A model generated the notes under the pieces. It was not told the origin of the DNA. It saw only the letters and a list, made by a program, of their open reading frames with translations, and did no database searches. From an uncultured Tissierellia bacterium (GTDB taxonomy: Bacteria; Bacillota; Clostridia; Tissierellales; Peptoniphilaceae): DNA of 64,000 nt. Within the stretch, counting starts at the first letter, position 1. Every line of letters starts with the position of its first letter. The stretch covers positions 4,938 through 68,937 of the forward strand of contig CALAJY010000050.1 of NCBI GenBank assembly GCA_937923265.1. The letters run 5' to 3'. A program made the translations under genes and the position numbers. This document shows, in pieces, positions 7,722 to 16,919 of the stretch.

Positions 7722-8903
7722 ATGACAAATTGGGTAATTTCCGCCTCCTATGGGGAGTTGGTGTTAAAAGGGAAAAACCGCCGGACCTTTGTGGATAATG
7801 CGGAAAAACATATTCTGAGAGCCCTGAAGGACTGCCGAGTCCTTCAGAGCTTTCATGATCGGGGAAAATTCTTTGTCACGGTCCCGGAAGAGGAAAGGGA
7901 CCGGGCGGCGGAGGCCATGCGCCGGGTCTTTGGACTGGTATACGTGACCCCTTCTCTGCAGGTGGAGGCGACAAAAGAGGAAATTCGAAAAGCAGCCTGC
8001 TACTTTGTGGAGGAACGGCTTGCCAAAGAGCCGGAGCGGAAGGAGGCCATCCCCTTTAAAATGTTGGCCAAGCGGTCCAACAAGCAGTTTCCCATGACCT
8101 CTCCGGAGCTTGCCGCGGAGATTGGGGGCGACCTGCTGGAACGCTATCCGCAGTTGACCCTGGACCTTCACCATCCGGAGTTCACGGTGACCGTTGAGAT
8201 TCGCGACCATGCCTTTGTTTACAGTGATCGCCTTCATGGCCTGGGCGGTCTTCCCGCAGGCTCGGGGGGAAGGGGCCTTTTGCTCCTGTCGGGAGGCATC
8301 GACTCCCCGGTGGCGGGCTTCGATATTGCCCGTCGCGGGTTGGCCCTGGGCTGCCTTCACTTCCATTCCTATCCCTTTACCAGTGAGCGGGCGCAGAACA
8401 AGGCCCTCCGTCTGGCCGAGAAGCTTTCCGAGTGGACCGGACCCATGCGGGTATATATGGTCAACTTGGCTGAGACCTATAAGGCGATCAACCAACATTG
8501 TCACAGCAAGAACACCACGGTCCTGTCTCGGCGGATGATGATGCGGATCGGAGACCGAATCTGCCAAGAATACGGCTATGATGCCCTGGTGACCGGAGAG
8601 AGTTTGGGCCAGGTGGCTTCCCAGACCATCCAGGGAATTTCCGTGGTGAATCAGGTGGCGGATCATCCCATTTTACGGCCATTGATTTCCCGGGATAAGA
8701 CGGAAATCATTGAGATGGCAAGGAAGTTGGATACCTATGAGACTTCCATCGAGCCTTTTGATGATTGCTGTTCCCTGTTTGCCCCGGATCATCCCAACAC
8801 CAAGCCGCGTTTGCATGACCTGGAAAAGGATGAGGAAAATCTGGATGTGGAAGAATTGTTGAAACAGGCACTGTCCACCTTGAAAATGGTGGATATCCGA
8901 TAA
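7722..8903 (+). CDS. thiI: tRNA 4-thiouridine(8) synthase ThiI (no rhodanese domain)
   Basis: N-terminal THUMP-type region (ELVLKGKNRR) and PP-loop LLLSGGIDSPVA. ATG at 7722 follows the upstream stop by one nt. The ORF-track start at 7665 overlaps the desulfurase. Confidence 0.9.
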   Translation: MTNWVISASYGELVLKGKNRRTFVDNAEKHILRALKDCRVLQSFHDRGKFFVTVPEEERDRAAEAMRRVFGLVYVTPSLQVEATKEEIRKAACYFVEERLAKEPERKEAIPFKMLAKRSNKQFPMTSPELAAEIGGDLLERYPQLTLDLHHPEFTVTVEIRDHAFVYSDRLHGLGGLPAGSGGRGLLLLSGGIDSPVAGFDIARRGLALGCLHFHSYPFTSERAQNKALRLAEKLSEWTGPMRVYMVNLAETYKAINQHCHSKNTTVLSRRMMMRIGDRICQEYGYDALVTGESLGQVASQTIQGISVVNQVADHPILRPLISRDKTEIIEMARKLDTYETSIEPFDDCCSLFAPDHPNTKPRLHDLEKDEENLDVEELLKQALSTLKMVDIR

Positions 8904-8913
8904 GGAGGAAGGT

Positions 8914-9081
8914 ATGAATCAAAGAAGACGGCGGAGAGGCTGTTGTGGCTGTGGGGGATGGGGCGTCGGCAACATTCTGGCCCTGGTCATGAGCTACAAT
9001 CTGCATCATAGTATCTTTAAGGCGCTCATTCACGGCTTTTTGGGCTGGCTCTATGTAATTTACTCGGTTTTGTTTCATTAA
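8914..9081 (+). CDS. Small Arg/Cys/Gly-rich membrane protein (55 aa), hypothetical
   Basis: SD aaggagga 5 nt before the ATG, 10 nt after the thiI stop. Product is MNQRRRRRGCCGCGGWGVGNILALVMSYNLHHSIFKALIHGFLGWLYVIYSVLFH. Below the ORF-track cutoff. Confidence 0.45.
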   Translation: MNQRRRRRGCCGCGGWGVGNILALVMSYNLHHSIFKALIHGFLGWLYVIYSVLFH

Positions 9082-9165
9082 TGACAAAATTGCCACAAAA
9101 AACTTTCCTTTTCCTAAATATGATTTATACTATGATTGTTTTAGGATAATGAAAGGAGAGATTTC

Positions 9166-10041
9166 ATGTTCGATTGTATGATTATTGGAGGCGGTCCTGC
9201 CGGAGTGAGCACCGCCCTCTATTTAAAAAGCAAGGGAAGGGACATCCTTCTCTTGGAAAAACGAGCCATTGGCGGCTTAGCTGAGAGCGTCAGTCTGCTG
9301 ACCCACTATACGGGACTCTTGACCGATGAGAGCGGACAGCATTTTGGGGTCCGACTGCGGAAGAGCCTGGAGGAGAATGATATCGCCTATAAAATCGAGG
9401 AGGTTGTGGAGATTTCCCATGACAAGACCTTTACGGTGCGCAGTGAGAAGGCGACCTATGAGGCAAAGAGCCTGGTTCTTGCCATCGGAAATGAACGGCT
9501 GGTTCCCTCGGTTCCCGGGAAGGAGGCCTTCACACCCTACGCACGAGAGATCACCGAAAAGACCGACCGCATTGCCGTGGTGGCAGGCGGCTCGGACGGC
9601 GCTTGCAAAGAGGCGATTTATCTCTCGAAGTACTGCCCCGAGGTTCATATCGTGGAAAAGCGGGATGGGATCTTCTGTGTCGACCAGTTCCGAAAGATGA
9701 TTGAGAGCAGGGAGAACATTCACTTTCATCCGGCACGGGAAATTGCGGAGATCACAGGAAATCCTCCGGAGAAAATCCTCCTTGCGAGTGTAAAAGGGGA
9801 GGAGGACTTGGTCCTGGAGGGAAAGCTTCTTGTCTTTGCCTATATTGGTCAGAAGCCCAAGAGTGATCTGGTCAAGAACCTACTGCCCTTGAAAGAGGGA
9901 TATGTGGACAGTGACTTACAAACCCCGGTTCCCGGTCTTTTCGTCGCGGGAGACTGTCGGGTGAAGCAGGTTCGGCAGATTGCGACCGCGGTCGCCGATG
10001 GCTGCTTGGTTGCCAACCGGGTTCACGCGTTCTTGGGATAG
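9166..10041 (+). CDS. FAD-dependent pyridine-nucleotide oxidoreductase, thioredoxin-reductase-like but lacking the CxxC redox centre
   Basis: FAD-binding motif IIGGGPAG. Second dinucleotide motif VVAGGSDGACKEA. C-terminal GLFVAGD. At the position of the TrxB CATC disulfide the sequence reads REITEKTD. Confidence 0.7.
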   Translation: MFDCMIIGGGPAGVSTALYLKSKGRDILLLEKRAIGGLAESVSLLTHYTGLLTDESGQHFGVRLRKSLEENDIAYKIEEVVEISHDKTFTVRSEKATYEAKSLVLAIGNERLVPSVPGKEAFTPYAREITEKTDRIAVVAGGSDGACKEAIYLSKYCPEVHIVEKRDGIFCVDQFRKMIESRENIHFHPAREIAEITGNPPEKILLASVKGEEDLVLEGKLLVFAYIGQKPKSDLVKNLLPLKEGYVDSDLQTPVPGLFVAGDCRVKQVRQIATAVADGCLVANRVHAFLG

Positions 10042-10056
10042 TTTTTGCTTTGAAAA

Positions 10057-10097
10057 AGAGCCCTCAGAAGGAATCTTGTATTCCTCCTGAGGGCTCT
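10057..10097. terminator. Bidirectional intrinsic terminator between convergent genes
   Basis: Long hairpin agagccctca/tgagggctct plus an inner agga/tcct pairing, flanked by A5 on the left and T3 on the right. Confidence 0.65.
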
Positions 10098-10121
10098 TTC
10101 CATAGAGTGCGGATTTATAGA

Positions 10122-10637
10122 TTACTTTAACAGCTCTCTGGCGGCATCCAGAGCCTTGTCATAGTCCGGATGGTTGGTGTTCTGCTTTACATATTCCACA
10201 TACTTTACGGTGTTATCTTTATCGACAACAAAGATGGACCGGTTGAGCAGGCTCAGGCCTTCCATGAGAACCCCATAGTTCTCGCCGAAGCTTTTCTGTT
10301 GATAATCCGAGGTCACCGTCAAGTGCTTGATTCCCTTAGCCGCGCAGAAACGAGACTGGGCGAAGGGCAGGTCCATGGAGACCACCATGATTGCCACATC
10401 GTCACCGAGCTTATCCGCTTCTTCGTTGAAGCGAATGGTTTCCAGTTCACAGACATTGGTGTCAATGGAGGGAACGGCGACCAGGAGCTTTACCTTATCC
10501 CCCATATCCTTCAAGGAGAAGGAGCTCAAGTCTCCTTTTACCACCGCGAAATCGGGAGCCTTGTCTCCCACCTTTACTTCTTTTCCCAAAAGAGTTAACT
10601 CATCATCACCCATTTTAAAGCCAGTGCGTTTTTCCAT
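10122..10637 (-). CDS. tpx: Thiol peroxidase (Tpx, atypical 2-Cys peroxiredoxin)
   Basis: 171 aa with peroxidatic Cys in PSIDTNVCELE and resolving Cys in RFCAA. Full-length Tpx-like. Confidence 0.9.
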   Translation of the reverse strand: MEKRTGFKMGDDELTLLGKEVKVGDKAPDFAVVKGDLSSFSLKDMGDKVKLLVAVPSIDTNVCELETIRFNEEADKLGDDVAIMVVSMDLPFAQSRFCAAKGIKHLTVTSDYQQKSFGENYGVLMEGLSLLNRSIFVVDKDNTVKYVEYVKQNTNHPDYDKALDAARELLK

Positions 10638-10809
10638 GTTGCTACTTCCTTTCTTTTCTGATCAAATTTGTCGGAATTTCCGACTGCGATACCTTTCATA
10701 CCCCCATTAAAAAAAATCAACCATGCACCGCTTTGCGGGCATCTGGGTATAAGTAAATAGAAAATAAGCAATTTGTTCCCAACAACAAAGGAGGAAGGAG
10801 AAAAATAGA

Positions 10810-11415
10810 ATGGATACAACCTTTGTATATTTAACCGATGGCTGTGAAGAGTGTGAGGCGCTCTTGGTGGTCGATTTGCTTCGTCGCGGTGGCGTTGATG
10901 TGAAGACGGTCGCTGTCACCGACGTCGAAGGGGGACTTCACTATAGGAAAGAAAATGAGAGACTGGTCCTAGGATCCCATGCGATTCCCATTCTCTGCGA
11001 TATCACCATTGACGAAGTCGTCCTGGAACAGGCGGATCTTCTCGTTGTCCCGGGAGGGAAGAAGGGAACGGAGCTTCTCAAGACCTCTCCACATTTACGC
11101 GAGCAGCTGTCCTCGCAAGCCCAAGCGGGGAAATACGTTGCGGCAATCTGTGCGGGTCCCACGGTGCTCGGAGCCTTTGGTCTGCTCGAAGGGAAAAGAG
11201 CGACCGTGTTTCCGGGCTTTGAAGAGGGCCTGGAGGGGGCCAAATACGCGGACAAAGCAGTGGTCCGGGACGGGAAATTGGTCACGTCTCGTGCCTTGGG
11301 ATCGGCAATACCCTTTGCCTTGGAATTGCTCAGCCAGCTAAAGGGGGAAGAGGCCGCAAAGACCGTTGGTCAGAGCATTGTATATAACGAGGGAAACAAA
11401 GAGATCTGGTTTTAG
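10810..11415 (+). CDS. DJ-1/PfpI (ThiJ) family protein
   Basis: Nucleophile-elbow motif AAICAGPTVL and PGG motif LVVPGGKKG. 201 aa. Confidence 0.85.
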   Translation: MDTTFVYLTDGCEECEALLVVDLLRRGGVDVKTVAVTDVEGGLHYRKENERLVLGSHAIPILCDITIDEVVLEQADLLVVPGGKKGTELLKTSPHLREQLSSQAQAGKYVAAICAGPTVLGAFGLLEGKRATVFPGFEEGLEGAKYADKAVVRDGKLVTSRALGSAIPFALELLSQLKGEEAAKTVGQSIVYNEGNKEIWF

Positions 11416-11434
11416 GAGAGGAGCACAAGGAAAC

Positions 11435-11908
11435 ATGGAAATTTATGACTTTAAGATGGAAAATGCGCAGGGAGAGATGGTGGACTTCTCCCAATATCGA
11501 GGGAAGGTGCTCTTGATCGTGAATACGGCAACGGGCTGTGGCTTTACGCCACAATATGAAGGGCTGGAGGCTCTGTACGAAAAATACCATGATCAGGGAC
11601 TGGAAGTTCTGGACTTTCCCTGTAACCAGTTTGGTCACCAGGCGCCGGGAAGCAACGAGGAGATTGTGAATTTCTGTCGCACGGAATATGCAACCCGATT
11701 TCCCCAGTTTGCTAAGATTCATGTAAACGGAGAGAAGGAAGCGCCCCTGTATCATTTTTTGAAAGAGGAGCAAGGAGGCGTTCTCGGCAGTGCTATTAAA
11801 TGGAATTTTACAAAATTCCTTGTGGACCGAGAGGGTCATGTCGTGAAGCGTTTTGCCCCCACCACGAAACCGGAGGATCTGGAGGAGGAATTGAAAGCCC
11901 TTTTGTAA
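11435..11908 (+). CDS. Glutathione peroxidase family protein (Cys type)
   Basis: Motifs NTATGCGFTPQYEGLEALY, LDFPCNQFG, WNFTKFLVDREG. The ATG at 11435 follows the DJ-1 stop. The ORF-track start at 11366 overlaps the upstream gene. Confidence 0.9.
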   Translation: MEIYDFKMENAQGEMVDFSQYRGKVLLIVNTATGCGFTPQYEGLEALYEKYHDQGLEVLDFPCNQFGHQAPGSNEEIVNFCRTEYATRFPQFAKIHVNGEKEAPLYHFLKEEQGGVLGSAIKWNFTKFLVDREGHVVKRFAPTTKPEDLEEELKALL

Positions 11909-11935
11909 TAAAATGAATATGGAAAAAACACTTGA

Positions 11936-11968
11936 CCCCGATCAAGCCATGGCTTGATCGGGGTTTTT
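11936..11968. terminator. Intrinsic terminator between convergent gpx and GNAT genes
   Basis: 12-bp palindromic stem ccccgatcaagc/gcttgatcgggg, then a T5 tract. Confidence 0.75.
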
Positions 11969-11997
11969 GGAGGCGTTCGCATTTTCCCTGTTGAGAT

Positions 11998-12270
11998 CTA
12001 GGAGGAGACGTGCCGTTCCTTTCCTCCCGGAATTTGGTCTAAATATTTTGCGGCATAAGTGCATAAAGGTTTGATGGATAAATTTTCGGCTTCGGCGACA
12101 AGGACGGCTTCTTCCAAGAGCTTGCGAGCGATTCCCTGTCCACGCATACGGGGAGAAACAACGGTATGTGTGATGATCATGGTGTTTCGTTGATTAATCC
12201 ATTCAATCGCGCCTAGTCGTTTCTGGTTCTCTTCATAAAGAATGGAGTTACCGATTCTTCGATATGACAT
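11998..12270 (-). CDS. Small GNAT-family N-acetyltransferase-like protein (~90 aa)
   Basis: Acetyl-CoA-binding-type segment RMRGQGIARKLLEEAV. Start chosen at the ATG preceded by aaggagg. The longer ORF-track start (12354) lacks an SD. Confidence 0.6.
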   Translation of the reverse strand: MSYRRIGNSILYEENQKRLGAIEWINQRNTMIITHTVVSPRMRGQGIARKLLEEAVLVAEAENLSIKPLCTYAAKYLDQIPGGKERHVSS

Positions 12271-12525
12271 ACGACCTCCTTTCCATACGGGAATTGATAC
12301 CCTATTTTCCCGAAAAACTGACAGGATATGTGAAGAATTTATCGATAATTTCATCCAAGCTATGAAGAAAGCGGGGAAGAGAATTCCGCGGGATGGATAT
12401 TTTCAAAAAAAAGAGTACAATGGAACTAGCGGTGGCACGCTATTTTATTGAAGGTAACGTTTCCCTTTCTTTTCAGGGAGAAATGGGAAAAGAAAAACAG
12501 GGAATTTCCCAATTGAGGAGGATTT

Positions 12526-15500
12526 ATGAAACGTAGCACAAAGACCATGGATGGAAACACGGCGGCGGCTCATGTTTCCTACGCGTTCAGTGACGCGTCC
12601 ACCATTTATCCCATCACGCCATCATCTCCGATGCCGGAGCTGATTGATAAGTGGGCAGCGAATGGAAGAAAGAATCTGTTTGGAAATACCGTATCGGTAA
12701 CGGAAATGCAGCATGAAGGCGGAGCGGCCGGTGCCGTCCACGGCTCCCTCGTCGCAGGTGCCTTAACCTCTACATATACCGCTTCTCAGGGACTTCTTTT
12801 GATGATCCCCGATATGTATAAGATGGCGGGCGAGCGGCTTCCCGCCGTATTCCATGTTGCTGCAAGGTCCCTGTCCACCTGTGCGATCAACATGTATGGT
12901 GACCATCAGGACGTCATGGCAACTCGGGCAACCGGCTTTGGTCTGTTAGCTTCGGGATCTGTCCAGGAGATCATGGACCTGGCGCCCGTTGCGCATGCAA
13001 CGGCCATTCACTGCAGCATTCCTTTTATGCACTTCTTTGATGGTTTCCGTACTTCCCATGAGATTGACAAAATCGAAGTCTGGGATTATGAAGACTTGCG
13101 CGATATGTTGGATATGGAAGCGGTCGCTCGCTTCCGGAAGAAAGCCTTGAGCCCGGAGCATCCCACGGCAAGAGGAACCTTTGAGAAGAACGGATATTTC
13201 CAGAGAACGGAAGCACAGAATGCTGCCTATGAAAAGGTTCCGGAAGCGGTGGAACACTACATGAACATGGTGAACGAGAAGCTGGGCACCGATTACCGGC
13301 TCTTTAACTATGTCGGTGCGGAGGATGCCAAGCAGGTCATCGTGGTGATGGGCTCCGGTTGTGACACGACCCAGCAGACCGTGGAATACCTCAACGCCCG
13401 GGGAGAAAAGGTCGGCGTGGTCAAAGTTCACCTGTTCCGTCCCTTCTCGGCAAAGCACTTATTGAAGGTAATCCCCGAGTCGGTGGAGCGAATCGCGGTC
13501 CTGGACCGGACCAAGGAAAAAGGGTCGGTCGGGGAACCTCTTTACTTAGATGTTTTACAGGCCTTCTCAGAGTCGGATCGTCATCCCTTAATCATTGGCG
13601 GTCGGTTCGGCTTGGGACAAAAAGACACCAAACCCGCTCATATTGCGGCAGTGTTTGAAAACCTGAAGAAAGAGCAACCCAAGAATCACTTTACCATTGG
13701 CATCAATGATGATGTGACTCATACCTCACTGGAGGTTGATAACAGCTTCGTTATTTCGGATGGACAGACCATTCGCTGCAAATTCTGGGGCAACGGCGGT
13801 GACGGCACGGTGGGCGCCAACAAGGATGCCGTTAAGATCATCGGAGACAACACGGCACTCCATGCCCAGGGCTATTTCGATTACGATGCCAAGAAGAGCA
13901 ATGGTTTGACCACTTCCCACCTGCGCTTTAGCCCCAATCCCATCCATGCCGCTTACCTGTTGGATGAATCGGACTTTATCTCCTGCTCACCCCAGGCCTA
14001 TGTGAAACAGTATGACCTGATTGAAGGCTTGAAGCAGGGTGGAATTTTCCTGCTCAACACCATCTGGGATGAACGGGAATTGGAAGAGCAACTTCCTGCT
14101 TCCCTGAAGCGGGAAATCGCCAAGAAAGAGGTGGAATTCTGGACGATCAACGCTTCCAAAATTGCGGAAGAAGTCGGCCTGGGTCACAGAACGAATATGG
14201 TGATTCAAACCGCCTTCTTTAAGCTCTCCAAGATTCTTCCCATCGATGAGGCCATTCAATATCTCAAGGCTTCGATTCAGAAGACCTACGGAATGAAGGG
14301 ACAGGATATTGTCGATATGAACATCGCCGCGGTAGATCGGGCCCTGGAAGCTCTCCACCGGGTGGAAGTTCCGGAAAGCTGGAAGACCGCAGAAGACCCG
14401 GAGGAAGTGGCGAAAGAAGAACCCGAATTCATTCAAAACATGGTTCGGCCCATCATCAATCTGAAGGAAGATGAACTGCCCGTTTCCACCTATCTTCCCT
14501 ATGATGATGGTGCTTACATGGCGGGAACGAGCCGCTATGAGAAGCGAGGCATCGCCCTTCACGTGCCGGAATGGAATGTGGACAACTGCATTCAGTGTAA
14601 CCAGTGCTCCTATGTTTGCCCCCACGCCTGCATCCGTCCCTTCCTGTTGACACAGGACCAGGTGGACGCGGCTCCGCAGGAAATGACCGCAAAGAAGGCG
14701 GTTGGCAAGGGTCTGGAGGACTACCAATTCCGCATTCAGGTCTCTCCCTATGACTGCATGGGATGTGGCAACTGTGTGGATGTGTGCCCCGCCAAGGAAA
14801 AGGCCCTGACCATGCAGCCCATCCAGAAGGAAATTGAGGAACAGGCAGAAAATTGGATTTACTGTGATGAGAAGATTGGCTACCACGATGAGATGGAAGC
14901 GAGCAATGTCAAGGTCTCCCAGTTCCGTCAGCCGATGTTGGAGTTCTCCGGTGCCTGTGCGGGCTGTGGGGAAACGCCGTATGCAAAATTGGTCACCCAG
15001 CTCTATGGCGACCACCAGTACATTGCCAATGCAACCGGCTGCTCCTCGATTTGGGCCTCCTCCGTTCCCTCCATGCCCTATTGCACCAACGCATGTGGAC
15101 GCGGTCCTGCCTGGGCAAGCTCCCTCTTTGAAGACAACGCGGAGTATGGCTATGGAATGGCCCTTGCCAGCAAGAGCAACCGTCGCCTGCTGGAAACGCT
15201 GATGAATCGCTATCAAGAGACGGCAAAGCCCTCCCAGCTCACGGAAGCCTTTGCGCAGTGGATTGCGGATAAGGATGATTATGAAAAATCCCGCAAAGCC
15301 TCCGATCGGATCAAGGAAGAGCTGGCCAAGGTAAAACCGGAGGGAGAGGAAAAAGAGATTCTCGACCAGGTGATTTCGATGACCGATGATCTGGTGAAGA
15401 AGAGCTTCTGGATCTACGGCGGAGACGGCTGGGCCTATGATATCGGCTTCTCAGGTCTCGACCATGTTCTTGCATCCGGAGAAGATATCAACGTGATTGT

Positions 15501-16050
15501 CTTCGATACCGAGGTATATTCCAATACCGGTGGGCAATCTTCCAAGGCAACGCCCTTGGCTGCCGTGGCAAAGTTTGCTGCAGCGGGAAAGAGAAACCGG
15601 AAGAAAGACCTGGGGCTGATGATGACCACCTATGGCTATGTCTATGTGGCACAGATCGCCATGGGCGCCGACCACAACCAGACCCTGCGGGTCATCAAAG
15701 AAGCCGAAGCATACCACGGACCTTCGCTCATTATTGCCTATGCCCCCTGTATCAACCATGGACTGAAAGCGGGAATGGGGAAGAGCCAGCGGAGAGAGAA
15801 AGAGGCCGTGGCTGCGGGCTATTGGCATCTCTGGCACTTCAATCCGGAATTAAAAGAGAAGGGAGAGAATCCCTTTGTTCTGGACTCGAAAGAGCCCACC
15901 GCCGACTTCCAGGAATTCCTTCAGGGAGAGGTTCGTTACGCTTCCTTGAAGAAGGCCTTCCCGGAGATTGCGGGAGAGCTTTATGCAGAGGCAGAGCGGG
16001 CCGCCAAGGAACGCTATGAATCCTATGTTCGGATGGCAAATAACAAGTAG
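12526..16050 (+). CDS. nifJ: Pyruvate:ferredoxin (flavodoxin) oxidoreductase, single-polypeptide NifJ/PFOR type
   Basis: 1174 aa. Two ferredoxin-type 4Fe-4S motifs, CIQCNQCSYVCP and CMGCGNCVDVCP. TPP-binding region GGDGWAYDIG. Typical PFOR N-terminus MDGNTAAAHVSYAFS. Confidence 0.95.
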   Translation: MKRSTKTMDGNTAAAHVSYAFSDASTIYPITPSSPMPELIDKWAANGRKNLFGNTVSVTEMQHEGGAAGAVHGSLVAGALTSTYTASQGLLLMIPDMYKMAGERLPAVFHVAARSLSTCAINMYGDHQDVMATRATGFGLLASGSVQEIMDLAPVAHATAIHCSIPFMHFFDGFRTSHEIDKIEVWDYEDLRDMLDMEAVARFRKKALSPEHPTARGTFEKNGYFQRTEAQNAAYEKVPEAVEHYMNMVNEKLGTDYRLFNYVGAEDAKQVIVVMGSGCDTTQQTVEYLNARGEKVGVVKVHLFRPFSAKHLLKVIPESVERIAVLDRTKEKGSVGEPLYLDVLQAFSESDRHPLIIGGRFGLGQKDTKPAHIAAVFENLKKEQPKNHFTIGINDDVTHTSLEVDNSFVISDGQTIRCKFWGNGGDGTVGANKDAVKIIGDNTALHAQGYFDYDAKKSNGLTTSHLRFSPNPIHAAYLLDESDFISCSPQAYVKQYDLIEGLKQGGIFLLNTIWDERELEEQLPASLKREIAKKEVEFWTINASKIAEEVGLGHRTNMVIQTAFFKLSKILPIDEAIQYLKASIQKTYGMKGQDIVDMNIAAVDRALEALHRVEVPESWKTAEDPEEVAKEEPEFIQNMVRPIINLKEDELPVSTYLPYDDGAYMAGTSRYEKRGIALHVPEWNVDNCIQCNQCSYVCPHACIRPFLLTQDQVDAAPQEMTAKKAVGKGLEDYQFRIQVSPYDCMGCGNCVDVCPAKEKALTMQPIQKEIEEQAENWIYCDEKIGYHDEMEASNVKVSQFRQPMLEFSGACAGCGETPYAKLVTQLYGDHQYIANATGCSSIWASSVPSMPYCTNACGRGPAWASSLFEDNAEYGYGMALASKSNRRLLETLMNRYQETAKPSQLTEAFAQWIADKDDYEKSRKASDRIKEELAKVKPEGEEKEILDQVISMTDDLVKKSFWIYGGDGWAYDIGFSGLDHVLASGEDINVIVFDTEVYSNTGGQSSKATPLAAVAKFAAAGKRNRKKDLGLMMTTYGYVYVAQIAMGADHNQTLRVIKEAEAYHGPSLIIAYAPCINHGLKAGMGKSQRREKEAVAAGYWHLWHFNPELKEKGENPFVLDSKEPTADFQEFLQGEVRYASLKKAFPEIAGELYAEAERAAKERYESYVRMANNK

Positions 16051-16083
16051 AAAAAATTGATGATTTTTTCCTTGTGAAAACCA

Positions 16084-16126
16084 GAGGGCCATTTCCCAAG
16101 AAACGTTGGGAAATGGCTCTTTTTTC
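16084..16126 (+). terminator. Intrinsic terminator after nifJ
   Basis: Hairpin ccatttcccaa/ttgggaaatgg extended by agag/ctct, followed by T6. Confidence 0.7.
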
Positions 16127-16223
16127 TTGAAAAAAAGCGGGGATTGGCCTATGATTCAAAGGGCCTTTTGATATAATAAAGAAAAGGTTTGCGAATTCTT
16201 TATGGATAGAAAGCGAGAAGAGC

Positions 16224-16919
16224 ATGAGAGAATATGGACTTTTTGATGTCCTGGGACCCATCATGATTGGACCTTCCTCCTCCCATACTGCCGGAGCTTG
16301 TCGAATCGCTCGGGTAGCAGAGGAAATCTGTGGGCAGGGCTTTAACAAAATCATTTTTTATTTGCACGGTTCCTTTGCCGAGACCTATCTGGGTCATGGA
16401 ACCGACAAGGCCTTGGTTGCCGGGGCGCTGGGACTGGCACCGGACGATGTCAGGCTTCGGGATTCCTTCCAGATGGCGAAAGACCGGGGAATCTCCTTTT
16501 CCTTTATCAAAAAGAACTTAGGAGAGCACGTCCATCCCAACACGGTTCGCATTGTCTTCTCTTACCCCGATGGGAGAGAAAAGACCGTGACCGGCTCCTC
16601 CATCGGAGGGGGCAACATCCTCTTAACGGAAATCGAGGGAGTGACCGTCGAGTATACCAATAAGCGACCGACCATGATCCTAAAATACCCCGAGCAAAAG
16701 GGAGTGATTGCCTTTGTTTCGTCGATCATCGCGGAGAACAATTACAATATTGAGAGCATGATCACGCAGAAGGAAGGGGACCGGGTGACGCTTCTGATTG
16801 AGCTGGATGAGGAGCTGGATGAAAAAACCAAGGACGAGATCCTCCGGGATCCCCGCTTTACGGTGGCCACCTATATTCGCTGCGTGGATGAAAAGGAGTC
16901 AGGAGAGAAGGAACAATGA
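16224..16919 (+). CDS. sdaAB: L-serine dehydratase, iron-sulfur-dependent, beta subunit
   Basis: N-terminus FDVLGPIMIGPSSSHTAGACRIA, with a C-terminal ACT-like region. ATGA overlap with the alpha subunit. Confidence 0.9.
   Translation: MREYGLFDVLGPIMIGPSSSHTAGACRIARVAEEICGQGFNKIIFYLHGSFAETYLGHGTDKALVAGALGLAPDDVRLRDSFQMAKDRGISFSFIKKNLGEHVHPNTVRIVFSYPDGREKTVTGSSIGGGNILLTEIEGVTVEYTNKRPTMILKYPEQKGVIAFVSSIIAENNYNIESMITQKEGDRVTLLIELDEELDEKTKDEILRDPRFTVATYIRCVDEKESGEKEQ

Noticed and set aside
13987-15216. 409-aa ORF on the minus strand inside nifJ. Similar long antisense ORFs occur at 7764-8666, 34949-36283 (444 aa), 41107-42108, 42199-43200 and 18040-18837.
   Set aside because: Each lies fully antisense to a confidently identified, motif-rich gene. 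The products are low-complexity or G/R/H/L-rich and have no SD. Long antisense open frames are expected from the codon bias here.
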